A stretch of 63,797 bases of DNA, filler included, from Bacteroidales bacterium (GCA_035389045.1; 3 parts of 3 records of this genome joined end to end with filler, not necessarily neighbours in it); one strand, 5' to 3'; shown: positions 29,314-39,947, counted from the first letter of the whole stretch. Program-made: numbers and translations. The notes: a model not told the origin generated them from the sequence alone.

Positions 29314-29901
29314 ATGGATACCAAAGAGCTGATATGCCGTTGCCAGAAATGGCAGAAAAAAGCCCAGAACGAGCTTTATGATTCCTATGCCCCACGTCTG
29401 TATGCGGTATGCATGCGTTATATGGCAGATCGTGATGACGCAAAAGATGTCCTTCAGGAATCACTGATAAAGATCTTTAAAAATATCGGCTCTTTCACTC
29501 ATACGGAGGAAAAAGCTTTTTATGCCTGGATGATCCGGATAACAGTGAATACGGCATTGAACGCTATCAGAAGCAATACGAAATTCAAAATGAACACAGA
29601 TATCGAAGAAATTGAAAATAACCCGGCAGATAATAAAAACGAAGATTTTTCTGTATACGATGAAATAATAGAATGTATAGGAAGCCCGAAATTGTTCGAC
29701 CTCATCAAAGATCTGCCTGATGGCTACCGCACGGTATTCAATCTTTATGTGGTTGAAAATTTCAGCCATAAAGAAATATCCGAACAGCTTGACATATCTG
29801 TCAACACCTCAAAGACACAACTGTTCAAGGCACGTAAAATGCTGTTATCCAAACTTAATCAGATAATTGATCATAAAATTCTTTTAAAAGAAGTAGTATG
29901 A
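29314..29901 (+). CDS. ECF-type RNA polymerase sigma-70 factor
   Basis: DAKDVLQE, WMIRITVN (region 2); LPDGYRTVFNL...HKEISEQLDISVNTSKTQLFKAR (region 4). Confidence 0.96.
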   Translation: MDTKELICRCQKWQKKAQNELYDSYAPRLYAVCMRYMADRDDAKDVLQESLIKIFKNIGSFTHTEEKAFYAWMIRITVNTALNAIRSNTKFKMNTDIEEIENNPADNKNEDFSVYDEIIECIGSPKLFDLIKDLPDGYRTVFNLYVVENFSHKEISEQLDISVNTSKTQLFKARKMLLSKLNQIIDHKILLKEVV

Positions 29902-31487
29902 AAAACCCTGAAAAAGACTTCGATCAATCGATAAAAAACCGAATGGCCGGTTTTGAGATACCACCGCCAGGAGCGCTGAAAAAGGAAGTTTTCAGCGGTC
30001 TGCGACCATATAATTTCATTAGAAGTATTAAGCGTAACAGCATCTATTTTGCAATAGGCATGGTATTATGTACGCTGGGCTTTTATGCTTACAATCAACT
30101 CCATGAGCATACTGCATTGGTTGCAGAAAAAATAGTTCCCGTCAACAGTTTCAACCATATACAACAGCAGAATGACCTTAACGAGGATCAAAATGATGTG
30201 AATACCAATCATAAAGAAACAAGATCACAAAAAAATGACCAAGGGAACAAAATCACACCCGCGGCGATAACCACCACACATGCTTATACCGGTCAACCAT
30301 CAGATGTTCCTGATCATGCCTCCGGAAAAAGCCAGCATGACGGGACTAAGCTATCGGCATCGCACCCTTCATTCGTCAGTGATATAAACCCCATTGATAA
30401 CACTATCACCTCTGATGTAAAACCATCAACCCTTATCACTCCTGAAAAGGTCAGTAATAATTCTGATCCTGCCAGCGCTGACGATACTAATTTTAAAGAC
30501 ATAACATCTTCTGAAACAACAGACAAAACCTTAATTAACACCAACGAAACCAGCAAGAATGAAAATCTTCCGGTTAACACTAAAAACATCAGTTCTGTAC
30601 CCAAGGTGAAACGTATACAAAATAATTCCGGTATTGAAAATTCCCTTTTGAAAAAACCGGATCACAAGGCTGAAAAAACTTTCAACCCGTTATCCTGGTC
30701 GGTCGGATTAACCATCGGTCATTCCGTATACCAGTCCCCCCTTATCAGACTTCCCGGAATATCGGATGACAATAATTACAGTTATTCGGCTTCCATGGAT
30801 TTTCCTTCGCTGACAGCCGGAATAGATGTCAGAGCCGAAAAAAAACATTTCTTCTTTGAACTGGGATTACAGTATGCTCATTTCTCTGAAAAGATTACAT
30901 CCGATAACATGCTATACAATCCCGGGATTTTTCAATATTATAATTTTTCCGGACAGACCATGAACATAGATACAGGCGGCGGATATTTCCATTATTACTG
31001 GATCTGTGATTCTGTCATAAGAAAATATGATTCGGTATGGACCTGGAAAATTGACACTTCCTACATTGACCATTTCGATACCATAAACACTAAAGTTTAT
31101 GATACTTTATATCATCCGGACTGGAAAAACACATACACATTCATCGAACTCCCCATGTATGCAGGATGGCAATATAATTGGGGGAAGGTCAATCTGGGCA
31201 TAAAGACAGGGCCGTTGATAAGTGTGCTTATAGGCACCAAAGGCTTTTTACCGGCTTATGCTACTGAACAGGCCGGCATACAGACTACAGACGATGAATT
31301 TAAAAGATTCCGGATCGGCCTTTCCTGGCAGCTATCGGCTGTGGTCAGTTATTTTATCAGCGAACGTATGCTCCTTGAATGTCAGCCTTATGGCCGGTTC
31401 AATCTCACAGGTATCAAAGCGCCATCAGGCTATGCCATAAAAAACAACTCAGCAGGTTTGATGCTGGGCATACGATACTTTTTTTAG
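29898..31487 (+). CDS. Putative anti-sigma factor: N-terminal cytoplasmic helix, one TM segment, low-complexity linker, C-terminal outer-membrane beta-barrel
   Basis: ATGA overlap with sigma gene; FDQSIKNRMAGFEIPPP; TM IYFAIGMVLCTLGFYAY; S/T/N/D-rich linker; alternating beta-strands, FIELPM, ends LGIRYFF. Confidence 0.7.
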   Translation: MKNPEKDFDQSIKNRMAGFEIPPPGALKKEVFSGLRPYNFIRSIKRNSIYFAIGMVLCTLGFYAYNQLHEHTALVAEKIVPVNSFNHIQQQNDLNEDQNDVNTNHKETRSQKNDQGNKITPAAITTTHAYTGQPSDVPDHASGKSQHDGTKLSASHPSFVSDINPIDNTITSDVKPSTLITPEKVSNNSDPASADDTNFKDITSSETTDKTLINTNETSKNENLPVNTKNISSVPKVKRIQNNSGIENSLLKKPDHKAEKTFNPLSWSVGLTIGHSVYQSPLIRLPGISDDNNYSYSASMDFPSLTAGIDVRAEKKHFFFELGLQYAHFSEKITSDNMLYNPGIFQYYNFSGQTMNIDTGGGYFHYYWICDSVIRKYDSVWTWKIDTSYIDHFDTINTKVYDTLYHPDWKNTYTFIELPMYAGWQYNWGKVNLGIKTGPLISVLIGTKGFLPAYATEQAGIQTTDDEFKRFRIGLSWQLSAVVSYFISERMLLECQPYGRFNLTGIKAPSGYAIKNNSAGLMLGIRYFF

Positions 31488-31492
31488 GGTCA

Positions 31493-31520
31493 CAGGCAAC
31501 CAAATTTTCCGAGTAGTGTT
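31493..31520 (+). promoter_or_regulatory. Putative ECF-sigma promoter of the downstream T9SS gene
   Basis: CAGGCAACC-N12-TAGTGTT. Confidence 0.65.
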
Positions 31521-31552
31521 TTTATTATACGAATCATAAAAAAACCAAAGCC

Positions 31553-33217
31553 ATGAAAAAATTATTATCCATCCTGTTTTTTGTTGCACTGACAACAAAT
31601 GCATTCTCCCAACAGATTTGCCAGGCATCTTTCACGTATTCGGTTTTCCAGGACTCATCCGGTAATACCATAATACATTTATATGATAATTCTTACAATA
31701 TTGATTCAACAACGATCAATATTACGAATTGGCAGTGGTCGTACCAAATTGGAATTAACACCTACATATATCACACCCAAAACACTGTAATTCAACTCAG
31801 TACTCCTCCGGCATTCATAAATGTATGTTTGCATATAGAAACAGCAAACTGCTCAAGCGATTATTGCGATACTATAAGTTTATACACAAATCCAGCCGAC
31901 ACCTGTATCGCAGACTTTAATTACCAGGTTGACTCCATGACAAATAATATAAATTTCTTCGATGCTTCATACACCACTACTGGAAATGTAAATTCATGGT
32001 ATTGGACAATCAGCGATACTTTAGGGAACACTATGGCAAGCTCCAGCCTTCAAAATCCTGTGATCCCCTATCCCGGCAACGGCATTTATCAGGTATGCCT
32101 TACTATTGCCACAAGCACCGGATGCGCCGCTACTTACTGCAATTATATTTTTCTCCAGGGCGGCGGAAATTGTTACACAACAATTACATACACGCCTTCC
32201 ATCAATGCCAACAACACTTTTGATTTCAACGGTTCAGCCTATTATAACGGCGCTATAGCCAATGTCACTTCATGGATGTGGGATTTTGGCGATGGAGCCT
32301 CATCCATAGCGCCCAATCCCTCACATACTTATTCCGGATCGGGGACATATACCGTTTGCCTCACCACAACGACAGCAATCACCAACTGCAATTCAACGGC
32401 TTGTGTCAGCGTATCGGTGGTGGATTCAACATGCCTCATCAGTGTTGTTCCCTACATTTCACATGTCACTGTCGCAGGGGGCAACGACGGCTTTATAGAA
32501 CTGACTGTTACCGGAGGCACACCGCCTTATAACTTCAACTGGTTTAATCTGAACGACACCACCGGAAATGTTTACAACCTGCACAGCGGAATATACACCG
32601 TAAACATCTCAACCTCAAATCCTGTATGTCCCACATTCACCTTTACATTTCAGATCCTGGAGCCCTATGATTCTGCTAATACCATTATTGATACTCTTTA
32701 TACCAACGTTATTGACACCTGTTTCGGATTTGTTGCAGACAGCTTTTATATAGACAGTATTTTTATCTCTGGTAACAATACCGTTACCGTGGTATGGGTA
32801 TTCGACAGCGGCGGAATAAGCGTCCCTGTGTATGCCACTTACACCTATTCTTATAACGGGGCACAGCTCGTGGTGCTGACCATCAACTGCAACAACGGGC
32901 AGAAACATCTGGCCACTTACATGGGGTATATTTACATCAGCCAGACCTTGAACACGGAAGAAAACGCCCTGCTGCCGGAACTTCACCTCTACCCTAACCC
33001 GGTAAAAGACCTTCTGAATATTGATTTCGGAACTATGTGGCCTGAAAACAGCATAATCCGTATTTATTCCTGTTCGGGGCAGGAAGTATTCAGCAAAACA
33101 TTGACCGGCAAAACGAAAAATACAGCCATCAATGTCAGTCATCTGCCAGACGGGATATACTTCATAAGAACTGTTGATAATGAAAACAATATAATTACCG
33201 GTAAGTTTATAAAATAA
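31553..33217 (+). CDS. T9SS type A cargo with PKD domains and an SprB repeat
   Basis: WMWDFGDG...NPSHTY..GTYTVCL; GGTPPYNFNW; CTD LYPNPVKD...GIYFI...KFIK. Confidence 0.9.
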   Translation: MKKLLSILFFVALTTNAFSQQICQASFTYSVFQDSSGNTIIHLYDNSYNIDSTTINITNWQWSYQIGINTYIYHTQNTVIQLSTPPAFINVCLHIETANCSSDYCDTISLYTNPADTCIADFNYQVDSMTNNINFFDASYTTTGNVNSWYWTISDTLGNTMASSSLQNPVIPYPGNGIYQVCLTIATSTGCAATYCNYIFLQGGGNCYTTITYTPSINANNTFDFNGSAYYNGAIANVTSWMWDFGDGASSIAPNPSHTYSGSGTYTVCLTTTTAITNCNSTACVSVSVVDSTCLISVVPYISHVTVAGGNDGFIELTVTGGTPPYNFNWFNLNDTTGNVYNLHSGIYTVNISTSNPVCPTFTFTFQILEPYDSANTIIDTLYTNVIDTCFGFVADSFYIDSIFISGNNTVTVVWVFDSGGISVPVYATYTYSYNGAQLVVLTINCNNGQKHLATYMGYIYISQTLNTEENALLPELHLYPNPVKDLLNIDFGTMWPENSIIRIYSCSGQEVFSKTLTGKTKNTAINVSHLPDGIYFIRTVDNENNIITGKFIK

Positions 33218-33396
33218 CTTATAATGGTTTTAACTATATAGATACATAAATCCGGTTAAAGTGAAAATTTGAATCATCATTACCATATCCTCCCTTGCAG
33301 TTAAACTTTAGGAAAACTGTTTCAATTGGTTTATAACACCTTACTTCTTAATTATTTACAATGTCAGACACTTTCTTAACCTAAACAATAACCATC

Positions 33397-36300
33397 ATGA
33401 AAAGAACTATTGCCCTGGCTAAAAAAATGCTTCCTCTGGTCATCCTGTTCATTTTCATTTGTTTTACGTGCAATTATGTTTATGCCCAGCCTGTAGGAAC
33501 ATGCACTGTTATACAGCAACCTTGCCATAACGACGGGATACTTTCCGTCAGCGTCACCTCCGGAATGACACCGCCACTGACTTTTACTTATAATACGTAC
33601 TATTCTGCCATTACGCACAGCAATATTAACGCAATGACGGATACGCTTGACAATATAATAATGTGCGATTTTGTTAATATTACTGACAATTTGGGAAATG
33701 TTCTGTTTCTATGGTCAGGGATGCATCCCCCTTTTCATGTTGATTACCCGCAGGTAACCCATGCCATCTGTCCGGATACGATGGGAAGCATATTGGTTAC
33801 CATAAACCAGGGCGCTATGCCTGATTCCGTGCACTGGTATGCCAGTGCGATGCCCGCTTTTGGTCCTTATATCGGAACAGGCAATCCCATGAGTTTAGCT
33901 GTTGGAAGTTATATGATCGTTGTTACGGATTCGAATGGCTGCACAACATCTCCGTTCGATACATTAGGCTTAAACAATTGGGAAGTCGAAAGTCTTTCCA
34001 ATCTGAATTATTCTGTTCAGATTACCCCGGCAGGCTGCACGAATGGTACTGCAACGGTAACTAATATCACTGGTGGTCTCCCGCCATTTACGTATCAATG
34101 GTCGAATGGAGCTATCACGTCATCAATAAATAATCTTTTAAAAGGATATTATTATGTTACCGTTACCGACTCACAGGCTTGCAGCACGGTTAAAATGGCC
34201 AATGTGAATCAAATACCTGTCATAACTGTCCACATAAGTCCTACCAATGCCACCTGCCTTCAAAACGACGGAAGTGTCATCGCATTCGGATCGGGAGGCA
34301 CACCGCCCTATAGCTATGCCTGGAGTAATGGAATGACCGGTCAAACCATCAGCGGGCTTTATGGAGGAACCCACCTTACAGTTATTGCAACAGATGCCAA
34401 CGGTTGTTTCGGAAACAGTTATGCTTATATTGGCAGTACAACACCTATAACGGTTACCTGCACTACCACTCCAAGTTCGTGCATCACTCCAACCGGCAGT
34501 GCAACCTTAAACATCACAGGAGGCACTAATCCTTATACCATAACATGGAATACATATCCGCAACAAAATGGTATCAGCATCAGCAATATGCCCTCCGGCA
34601 ATTATCCATTCAAGGTAACAGATGGCGTAGGTTGTGTACGCACGGGAACTGCCCACATTAATCCGCAAAGCACCATAACGGCGAACGCCTCAGCAGTTAA
34701 TCCGGTATGTCCGGGAACAACAGGTATCGTCAGCGTTAATGCCAGCGGAAGCAATCCTCCCTTTTCCTACCTTTGGAACAATGGTGATACTGCTCAAACA
34801 ATAACATTGGCGCCCATCGGAAGTTATTGCTGTACAATCACTGATAACATCGGTTGCCAGGTGATAAAATGCACCACAGTTCATCCATTAAGTCCGATTA
34901 CCATCGGTTTTTCAGCTACTCCTGCAAGCTGTATATATGCCAGTGACGGAAGTTTATATGCTATGGCCGGCGGAGGTACAGCGCCCTACACCTATCATTG
35001 GCCGGACGGTCAAACGGGAAATACAGCCACAGGGCTTACAGCAGGAGGTTATTCGGTGCATGTTCAGGACGCACAAGGATGCAGTTTGGTAAAATATGGT
35101 TCGGTAGGTTATGATCCGAATAACGATGATTGCTATTGCACTATTTCCGGGAAGGTATATACCGACCTGAATACTAATTGCACATTTGATGTAAATGAGC
35201 AGGGTATATCACATGTCATGGTACATTGTTCAGGCTTTGGATATACCTGGACCGATGCCAATGGTAATTATACATTCATGGTTCCGACAGGCAGTTACGT
35301 AATATCTGAAAATATACTCGCCTTATACCCTTTGGCGCCATGTCAGAACAATTCAATCCCTGCAGTTGTTACGGCGGATTCAGGATGCATATACACGGTG
35401 AATTTTGCAAACGTTATAAACCCTTTGCATGATATACATATCATCACCGGCAGTTTGAACCAGGCTGTTCCGGGTTACTCTTATACGCAAAGGATCATTG
35501 TACAAAATGAAGGAACGATAAATGAAACGGATATACAATTTGGTTACCGGCACGACGGACAGTTGAATTACCTTTACTCCATGCCGGCTCTCAACCAATT
35601 AAATCCGATAATAAATCCGGATTGGTACAGCATCACTTCAGGATTTCCGGCTCTTGCGCCAGGCAATGCGGCCATGATACAAAACAACTTCCAGGTTCCT
35701 GTAAATATCCCGATAAATACACAGGTCTTTTTTTACGATACTACTGCTTTTTCAGCGCCAATGAATAACTGGTTAATCGAATATTCCCCCTGGAATAACA
35801 TACAAAGTTATCATATTAGTACCGTTTCTTCTTATGACCCGAACTTCAAAGAAGTGAGTCCAACAGGTTCAGGGTCTCAGGGATACATCAGCCGCAACGA
35901 TTCGGTGCTGGATTATATACTGCATTTTCAGAATACGGGCAATTACTATGCACAAAATATTGTGTTGGTGGACACGCTGGATGAAGATCTTGAGTGGACT
36001 TCTTTACGACCCGGCTACTCCGATCATAATTACACAGCAAACATGAGCGAAAATGGTGTGCTGACTTTTACTTTCAAAAATATCAACTTACCCTACCAGT
36101 CGATAAACGAATTCGGCAGCAGAGGCATGGTCACATACTCTATCAAACAAAAGCCGCAGTTAAGCATTGGTACAGAAATAAAAAATTCTGCTGATATATA
36201 TTTTGATTATAATGCGCCGGTATCTACAAACACCACCTTAAATACGATTGATTCCGAAGAAAGTCAAGATGAATTATTTACAGACCATTCGCTCCGGATT

Positions 36301-36528
36301 TATCCCATTCCGGCTACAGATTTTCTGAATATTGATTTTGAAAATCCACTTTCAGGTAAAAATTCATTACAGATATATTCAACAACAGGGCAGATGGTAT
36401 ATAACCGATCATTTCCCGGCGGATCAAAAACTGAAAGGATAGATGTCAGTCAACTTCAAAGCGGGATGTACTTCATAAGAACTGTTGATAATGAATACAA
36501 TATGAAAACCGGAAAATTTATAAAATAA
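33397..36528 (+). CDS. T9SS type A cargo with multiple SprB repeats and a C-terminal SYDPN-type domain
   Basis: Repeated GGTxPYxYxWSNG/VTDxxGC; SSYDPNFKEV, HFQNTG, ADIYFDYNAPV; CTD IYPIPA...KFIK. Confidence 0.9.
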   Translation: MKRTIALAKKMLPLVILFIFICFTCNYVYAQPVGTCTVIQQPCHNDGILSVSVTSGMTPPLTFTYNTYYSAITHSNINAMTDTLDNIIMCDFVNITDNLGNVLFLWSGMHPPFHVDYPQVTHAICPDTMGSILVTINQGAMPDSVHWYASAMPAFGPYIGTGNPMSLAVGSYMIVVTDSNGCTTSPFDTLGLNNWEVESLSNLNYSVQITPAGCTNGTATVTNITGGLPPFTYQWSNGAITSSINNLLKGYYYVTVTDSQACSTVKMANVNQIPVITVHISPTNATCLQNDGSVIAFGSGGTPPYSYAWSNGMTGQTISGLYGGTHLTVIATDANGCFGNSYAYIGSTTPITVTCTTTPSSCITPTGSATLNITGGTNPYTITWNTYPQQNGISISNMPSGNYPFKVTDGVGCVRTGTAHINPQSTITANASAVNPVCPGTTGIVSVNASGSNPPFSYLWNNGDTAQTITLAPIGSYCCTITDNIGCQVIKCTTVHPLSPITIGFSATPASCIYASDGSLYAMAGGGTAPYTYHWPDGQTGNTATGLTAGGYSVHVQDAQGCSLVKYGSVGYDPNNDDCYCTISGKVYTDLNTNCTFDVNEQGISHVMVHCSGFGYTWTDANGNYTFMVPTGSYVISENILALYPLAPCQNNSIPAVVTADSGCIYTVNFANVINPLHDIHIITGSLNQAVPGYSYTQRIIVQNEGTINETDIQFGYRHDGQLNYLYSMPALNQLNPIINPDWYSITSGFPALAPGNAAMIQNNFQVPVNIPINTQVFFYDTTAFSAPMNNWLIEYSPWNNIQSYHISTVSSYDPNFKEVSPTGSGSQGYISRNDSVLDYILHFQNTGNYYAQNIVLVDTLDEDLEWTSLRPGYSDHNYTANMSENGVLTFTFKNINLPYQSINEFGSRGMVTYSIKQKPQLSIGTEIKNSADIYFDYNAPVSTNTTLNTIDSEESQDELFTDHSLRIYPIPATDFLNIDFENPLSGKNSLQIYSTTGQMVYNRSFPGGSKTERIDVSQLQSGMYFIRTVDNEYNMKTGKFIK

Positions 36529-36551
36529 TACCGCTGAAATTTAAATACATT

Positions 36552-36588
36552 AAGAGAGGCTGTTTCAAAAAAACAGCCTCTCTTTTTT
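36552..36588 (+). terminator. Rho-independent terminator
   Basis: AAGAGAGGCTGTTT / AAACAGCCTCTCTT stem plus T run. Confidence 0.85.
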
Positions 36589-36672
36589 GGAAAAAAATTT
36601 TCTATACTTTTATTGCTTTTTGCATAATTTTGTGGTAAATTTATTAACGTTAATCACAATTATATTAAAAAA

Positions 36673-37266
36673 ATGCTAATATATAAGTTCAAGGTTATCA
36701 GTGATGAGATAGATAATTTTTACAGGGAGATTGAAATAAAACCCGGCCATACGTTCAAGGACTTTCATGATATGCTTAATGATTGTATAAAATTCAATCC
36801 GGGTGAAATGGCATCGTTTTATATATGCGATAACAAATGGAACAAACTGCAGGAAATATCGCTTGTCAATCTGGAAGAACAAGACGAAAGCAGCCGGGAT
36901 GCAGATGATAATCCGGAAAACAATGTCAGACCAGTTAAAATGATGTCGGAGGTTAAGCTTAAAGAAAGCATCAATGATCCTAATCAGCGGCTGATATATG
37001 TGTACGATTTTATGAAAATGTACACGTTTTATATCGAATTGTCAAAAATTACAGAAGGTGATGAGAAAATTACGTATCCCCGCTGTCTCAAGTCGGCAGG
37101 CGATATCCAGAAACCCAAAAAAATAATCCCTAAAAATGAAGATATGCCGGAATCTGCCGAAGAATTTGACGAATTAGAAGAGGATTTGTTCAGCGATGAC
37201 GACACAAACTTTAATGAGGATGAATTGAACCCCGGAGATGGATTTGAAGAAAATAAATACATCTGA
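36673..37266 (+). CDS. pRiA4b ORF-3-like (IS1096 passenger TnpR-like) conserved protein with acidic tail
   Basis: FYREIEI...TFKDFH...MASFY...W...YVYDFM..YTFYIEL...YP; D/E-rich C-terminus. Confidence 0.75.
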   Translation: MLIYKFKVISDEIDNFYREIEIKPGHTFKDFHDMLNDCIKFNPGEMASFYICDNKWNKLQEISLVNLEEQDESSRDADDNPENNVRPVKMMSEVKLKESINDPNQRLIYVYDFMKMYTFYIELSKITEGDEKITYPRCLKSAGDIQKPKKIIPKNEDMPESAEEFDELEEDLFSDDDTNFNEDELNPGDGFEENKYI

Positions 37267-37274
37267 CCTTATTG

Positions 37275-38210
37275 ATGAGTGACCTTAACTCTTACCCGGC
37301 CGGTAAGCACATGGTCATTATTGCCGGACCGACAGCCGTTGGAAAAACAACACTAGCCATTCAGCTTGCGCAACATTTTAACACGGAAATCATTTCTGCC
37401 GATTCGAGGCAGTTTTACAAAGAATTGAATATCGGAACGGCGGCTCCCCTGCCCGAAGAGCTCAGCATGGTAAAACATCATCTTATCGGAATGCTCCCGC
37501 TCAGCGCTCCTTATGACGTATACCGTTTCGAAAACGATGTGATGCATCTTTCAAAAACACTCTTTCAGCAAAATAATACAGTGATGCTTGTTGGCGGCTC
37601 AGGGCTATATATCAATGCGGTATGCCATGGTATAGACGAAATACCCGACCCCGACCCCGAACTGCGCAATGAGTTGAACACAATTTTTAACACACAGGGA
37701 ATTAAGCCTTTGCGTGAACAACTGATGTTACTTGACTCTGAATATTATAAAAAAACCGATATATCCAATCACAAACGCATCATCAGGGCGCTCGAAGTGA
37801 GCATTACAACAGGAAAGCCCTACTCTTCTTTTTTAAATAAAAAAACGGTCATACGGCCTTTCAACATTATAAAGATCGGTTTGAAACGTGACCGGAACGA
37901 ATTAAATGAAATCATCAACAAGCGGGTCGACCTGATGATAAAACGGGGACTGGAAACTGAGGCGCGGAGCCTTTATCCGTTCAGGAAGTACAACAGCCTT
38001 CAAACCGTTGGATACAAGGAGTTTTTCGATTATTTTGACGGCACCTGTTCCCGTGAAAAAGCTATTGAAAAAATAAAAACCAACACACGCAGGTATGCAA
38101 AAAAACAAATGACCTGGTTTGCCCGCGATAAAGATTTTTATTGGTTTCATCCCCGTGAAACGGAAATAATTATTGATTTCATAAGAAAACACACACAACA
38201 GACGTTTTGA
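37275..38210 (+). CDS. miaA: tRNA dimethylallyltransferase
   Basis: GPTAVGKT, IISADSRQ, VGGSGLY, TVGYKE, TRRYAKKQMTW. Confidence 0.97.
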   Translation: MSDLNSYPAGKHMVIIAGPTAVGKTTLAIQLAQHFNTEIISADSRQFYKELNIGTAAPLPEELSMVKHHLIGMLPLSAPYDVYRFENDVMHLSKTLFQQNNTVMLVGGSGLYINAVCHGIDEIPDPDPELRNELNTIFNTQGIKPLREQLMLLDSEYYKKTDISNHKRIIRALEVSITTGKPYSSFLNKKTVIRPFNIIKIGLKRDRNELNEIINKRVDLMIKRGLETEARSLYPFRKYNSLQTVGYKEFFDYFDGTCSREKAIEKIKTNTRRYAKKQMTWFARDKDFYWFHPRETEIIIDFIRKHTQQTF

Positions 38211-38294
38211 CTGAAACGTCTAAAAAGATTTCTTAATTTTGCAGCCTATTATTAATGATTATTATTGATTTCCCCCAATCAGTTAAACTTCCAT

Positions 38295-39107
38295 ATGAAT
38301 ACTATTAACATAAAAGCCATAATCCGATACTGTATAATTATTTTATTATTTGTCATATGGATTTCACCTGTTGCGGCACAGCAATGCCCGCGGCATTTAT
38401 ACGACTGTAAGGGCGCCTGCGGCTGGTTTACCGATTCAGACCATGACGGATACTGCGACCTCACGGCGTTCAGCGATGCCCTGATAAAAAAGAGCATGCA
38501 CAAAAAAGATTCTGCTGCTGAAGCAAAAAGCCTAAGGGACAAACATATTGCCGACAGCATTCAAAATGCTAAAAACCTTGTAAGAAATACCGATACAGTC
38601 AAACAAAGTACCACAGGTAAGGAAATAAAATCAGACGGAAACCCGCACCAGAATTGCCCCTTTGCAAACACGCCCGAATGTGATCAAAATAAGATCTCAG
38701 AAAGCAACCTTACAAATGCCGGAACCACACAGAAACTTCAGGAAAAGGTCGAAAAAAAGGAATACAAAATAAAAAAATATGACCTTGTTTTAATTTTCGG
38801 ACTTTGTGTTTTGGTTTATTTGATCTCGTCGATTTTATCCAAAAGAAAAGTTTTCAAAAAAAGCACCCATAAAAAGATATGGAACACTTTATTGTTAATA
38901 TCATTTTTAAATACAGGTCTGACAGGTTTGTTTCTGGTAATTCAAATTAATTATCTGGTTTTTTTCGATTGGTTCTCAGACATGCTTTTCTGGCATGTGG
39001 AATTCGGGATCAGCATGGCGGCAATATCCATTTTGCATATTCTCTGGCATTGGAAATATTTCTGGCGGCTTTTAGTAAAACGCAAAGAAGATAACGGTAC
39101 TATCTGA
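38295..39107 (+). CDS. Membrane protein with Cys-rich N-terminal motif and DUF4405-like C-terminal helices
   Basis: CPRHLYDCKGACGWFTDSDHDGYCD; three TM helices with WHVEFG...LHILWHW. Confidence 0.65.
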   Translation: MNTINIKAIIRYCIIILLFVIWISPVAAQQCPRHLYDCKGACGWFTDSDHDGYCDLTAFSDALIKKSMHKKDSAAEAKSLRDKHIADSIQNAKNLVRNTDTVKQSTTGKEIKSDGNPHQNCPFANTPECDQNKISESNLTNAGTTQKLQEKVEKKEYKIKKYDLVLIFGLCVLVYLISSILSKRKVFKKSTHKKIWNTLLLISFLNTGLTGLFLVIQINYLVFFDWFSDMLFWHVEFGISMAAISILHILWHWKYFWRLLVKRKEDNGTI

Positions 39108-39131
39108 TAGTATCATCCGGAAGACACCGGA

Positions 39132-39827
39132 TTATAAGATCCCGGTCAGTTCATTCAATTGTGAGATTTCATAGGTAAATATTTCCTCATGATTAATATT
39201 TTCATAATTGAAAAACACCTGATCAATCCCGGCATTCATGGATCCCATTAGATCAACCTCAATGTCATCCCCTATCATCAGACATTCATGGGCTGCCGCA
39301 TGAATTTCACGTAATGTGAAATCAAAGAAGTTCCGGTCCGGTTTTTTATAACCTGCTTTTTCAGAGGTGATCACCTGGTCAAAATATTTTTCCAGCCCTG
39401 CCTGTTGTATCTTTCTGAACTGTACTTCTTCAAATCCGTTGGTTACGATGTGCATTGCATATTTGTCACACAGGTATTGCAGCGTTTCATAAGTTCCGGG
39501 AAAAACCTTTGTCTTTGAAGGTAACAGTTGTAAATATTTATCAGAAAATTCTTTAGCCAGAGCCAGGTCATCGATACCGTATTTCAGCAACACCAGGTTA
39601 AACCTTTGGTACATCAGTTCCTCCTTACTGATCGTATTCTGACGGTACTGACCCCACAATTCAAGATTTACCTTCTCATAATCAAGGAAAAAGACATTAA
39701 AATCTCCGATGCCTTTTCGTTGTAGTCCAAAATCATTGTAAAGCTCAAAAATCGTTTCACGGGAATTGTTATCAAAATCCCAGATGGTTTTATCAAGGTC
39801 AAAGAGTAAATGTTTGTATTTTTTCAT
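39132..39827 (-). CDS. yjjG: YjjG-family HAD pyrimidine nucleotidase
   Basis: FDLDKTIWDF, VTNGF, KKP, MIGDDIEVD. Confidence 0.88.
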   Translation of the reverse strand: MKKYKHLLFDLDKTIWDFDNNSRETIFELYNDFGLQRKGIGDFNVFFLDYEKVNLELWGQYRQNTISKEELMYQRFNLVLLKYGIDDLALAKEFSDKYLQLLPSKTKVFPGTYETLQYLCDKYAMHIVTNGFEEVQFRKIQQAGLEKYFDQVITSEKAGYKKPDRNFFDFTLREIHAAAHECLMIGDDIEVDLMGSMNAGIDQVFFNYENINHEEIFTYEISQLNELTGIL

Positions 39828-39947
39828 AAGCGGGCAACAAAAATAATTATTGTTTGTTAAAAAGAATGTGAGAAAAATAATCTGCTGAAAATTTACGTAC
39901 TCTCATTTTCACTATGTTTGCAAAATAATCTTATTAATTTTTTTGTT

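Noticed and set aside
36673..37266. IS1096-related mobile element
   Set aside because: No transposase or terminal repeats; the gene sits directly upstream of miaA like a housekeeping gene.
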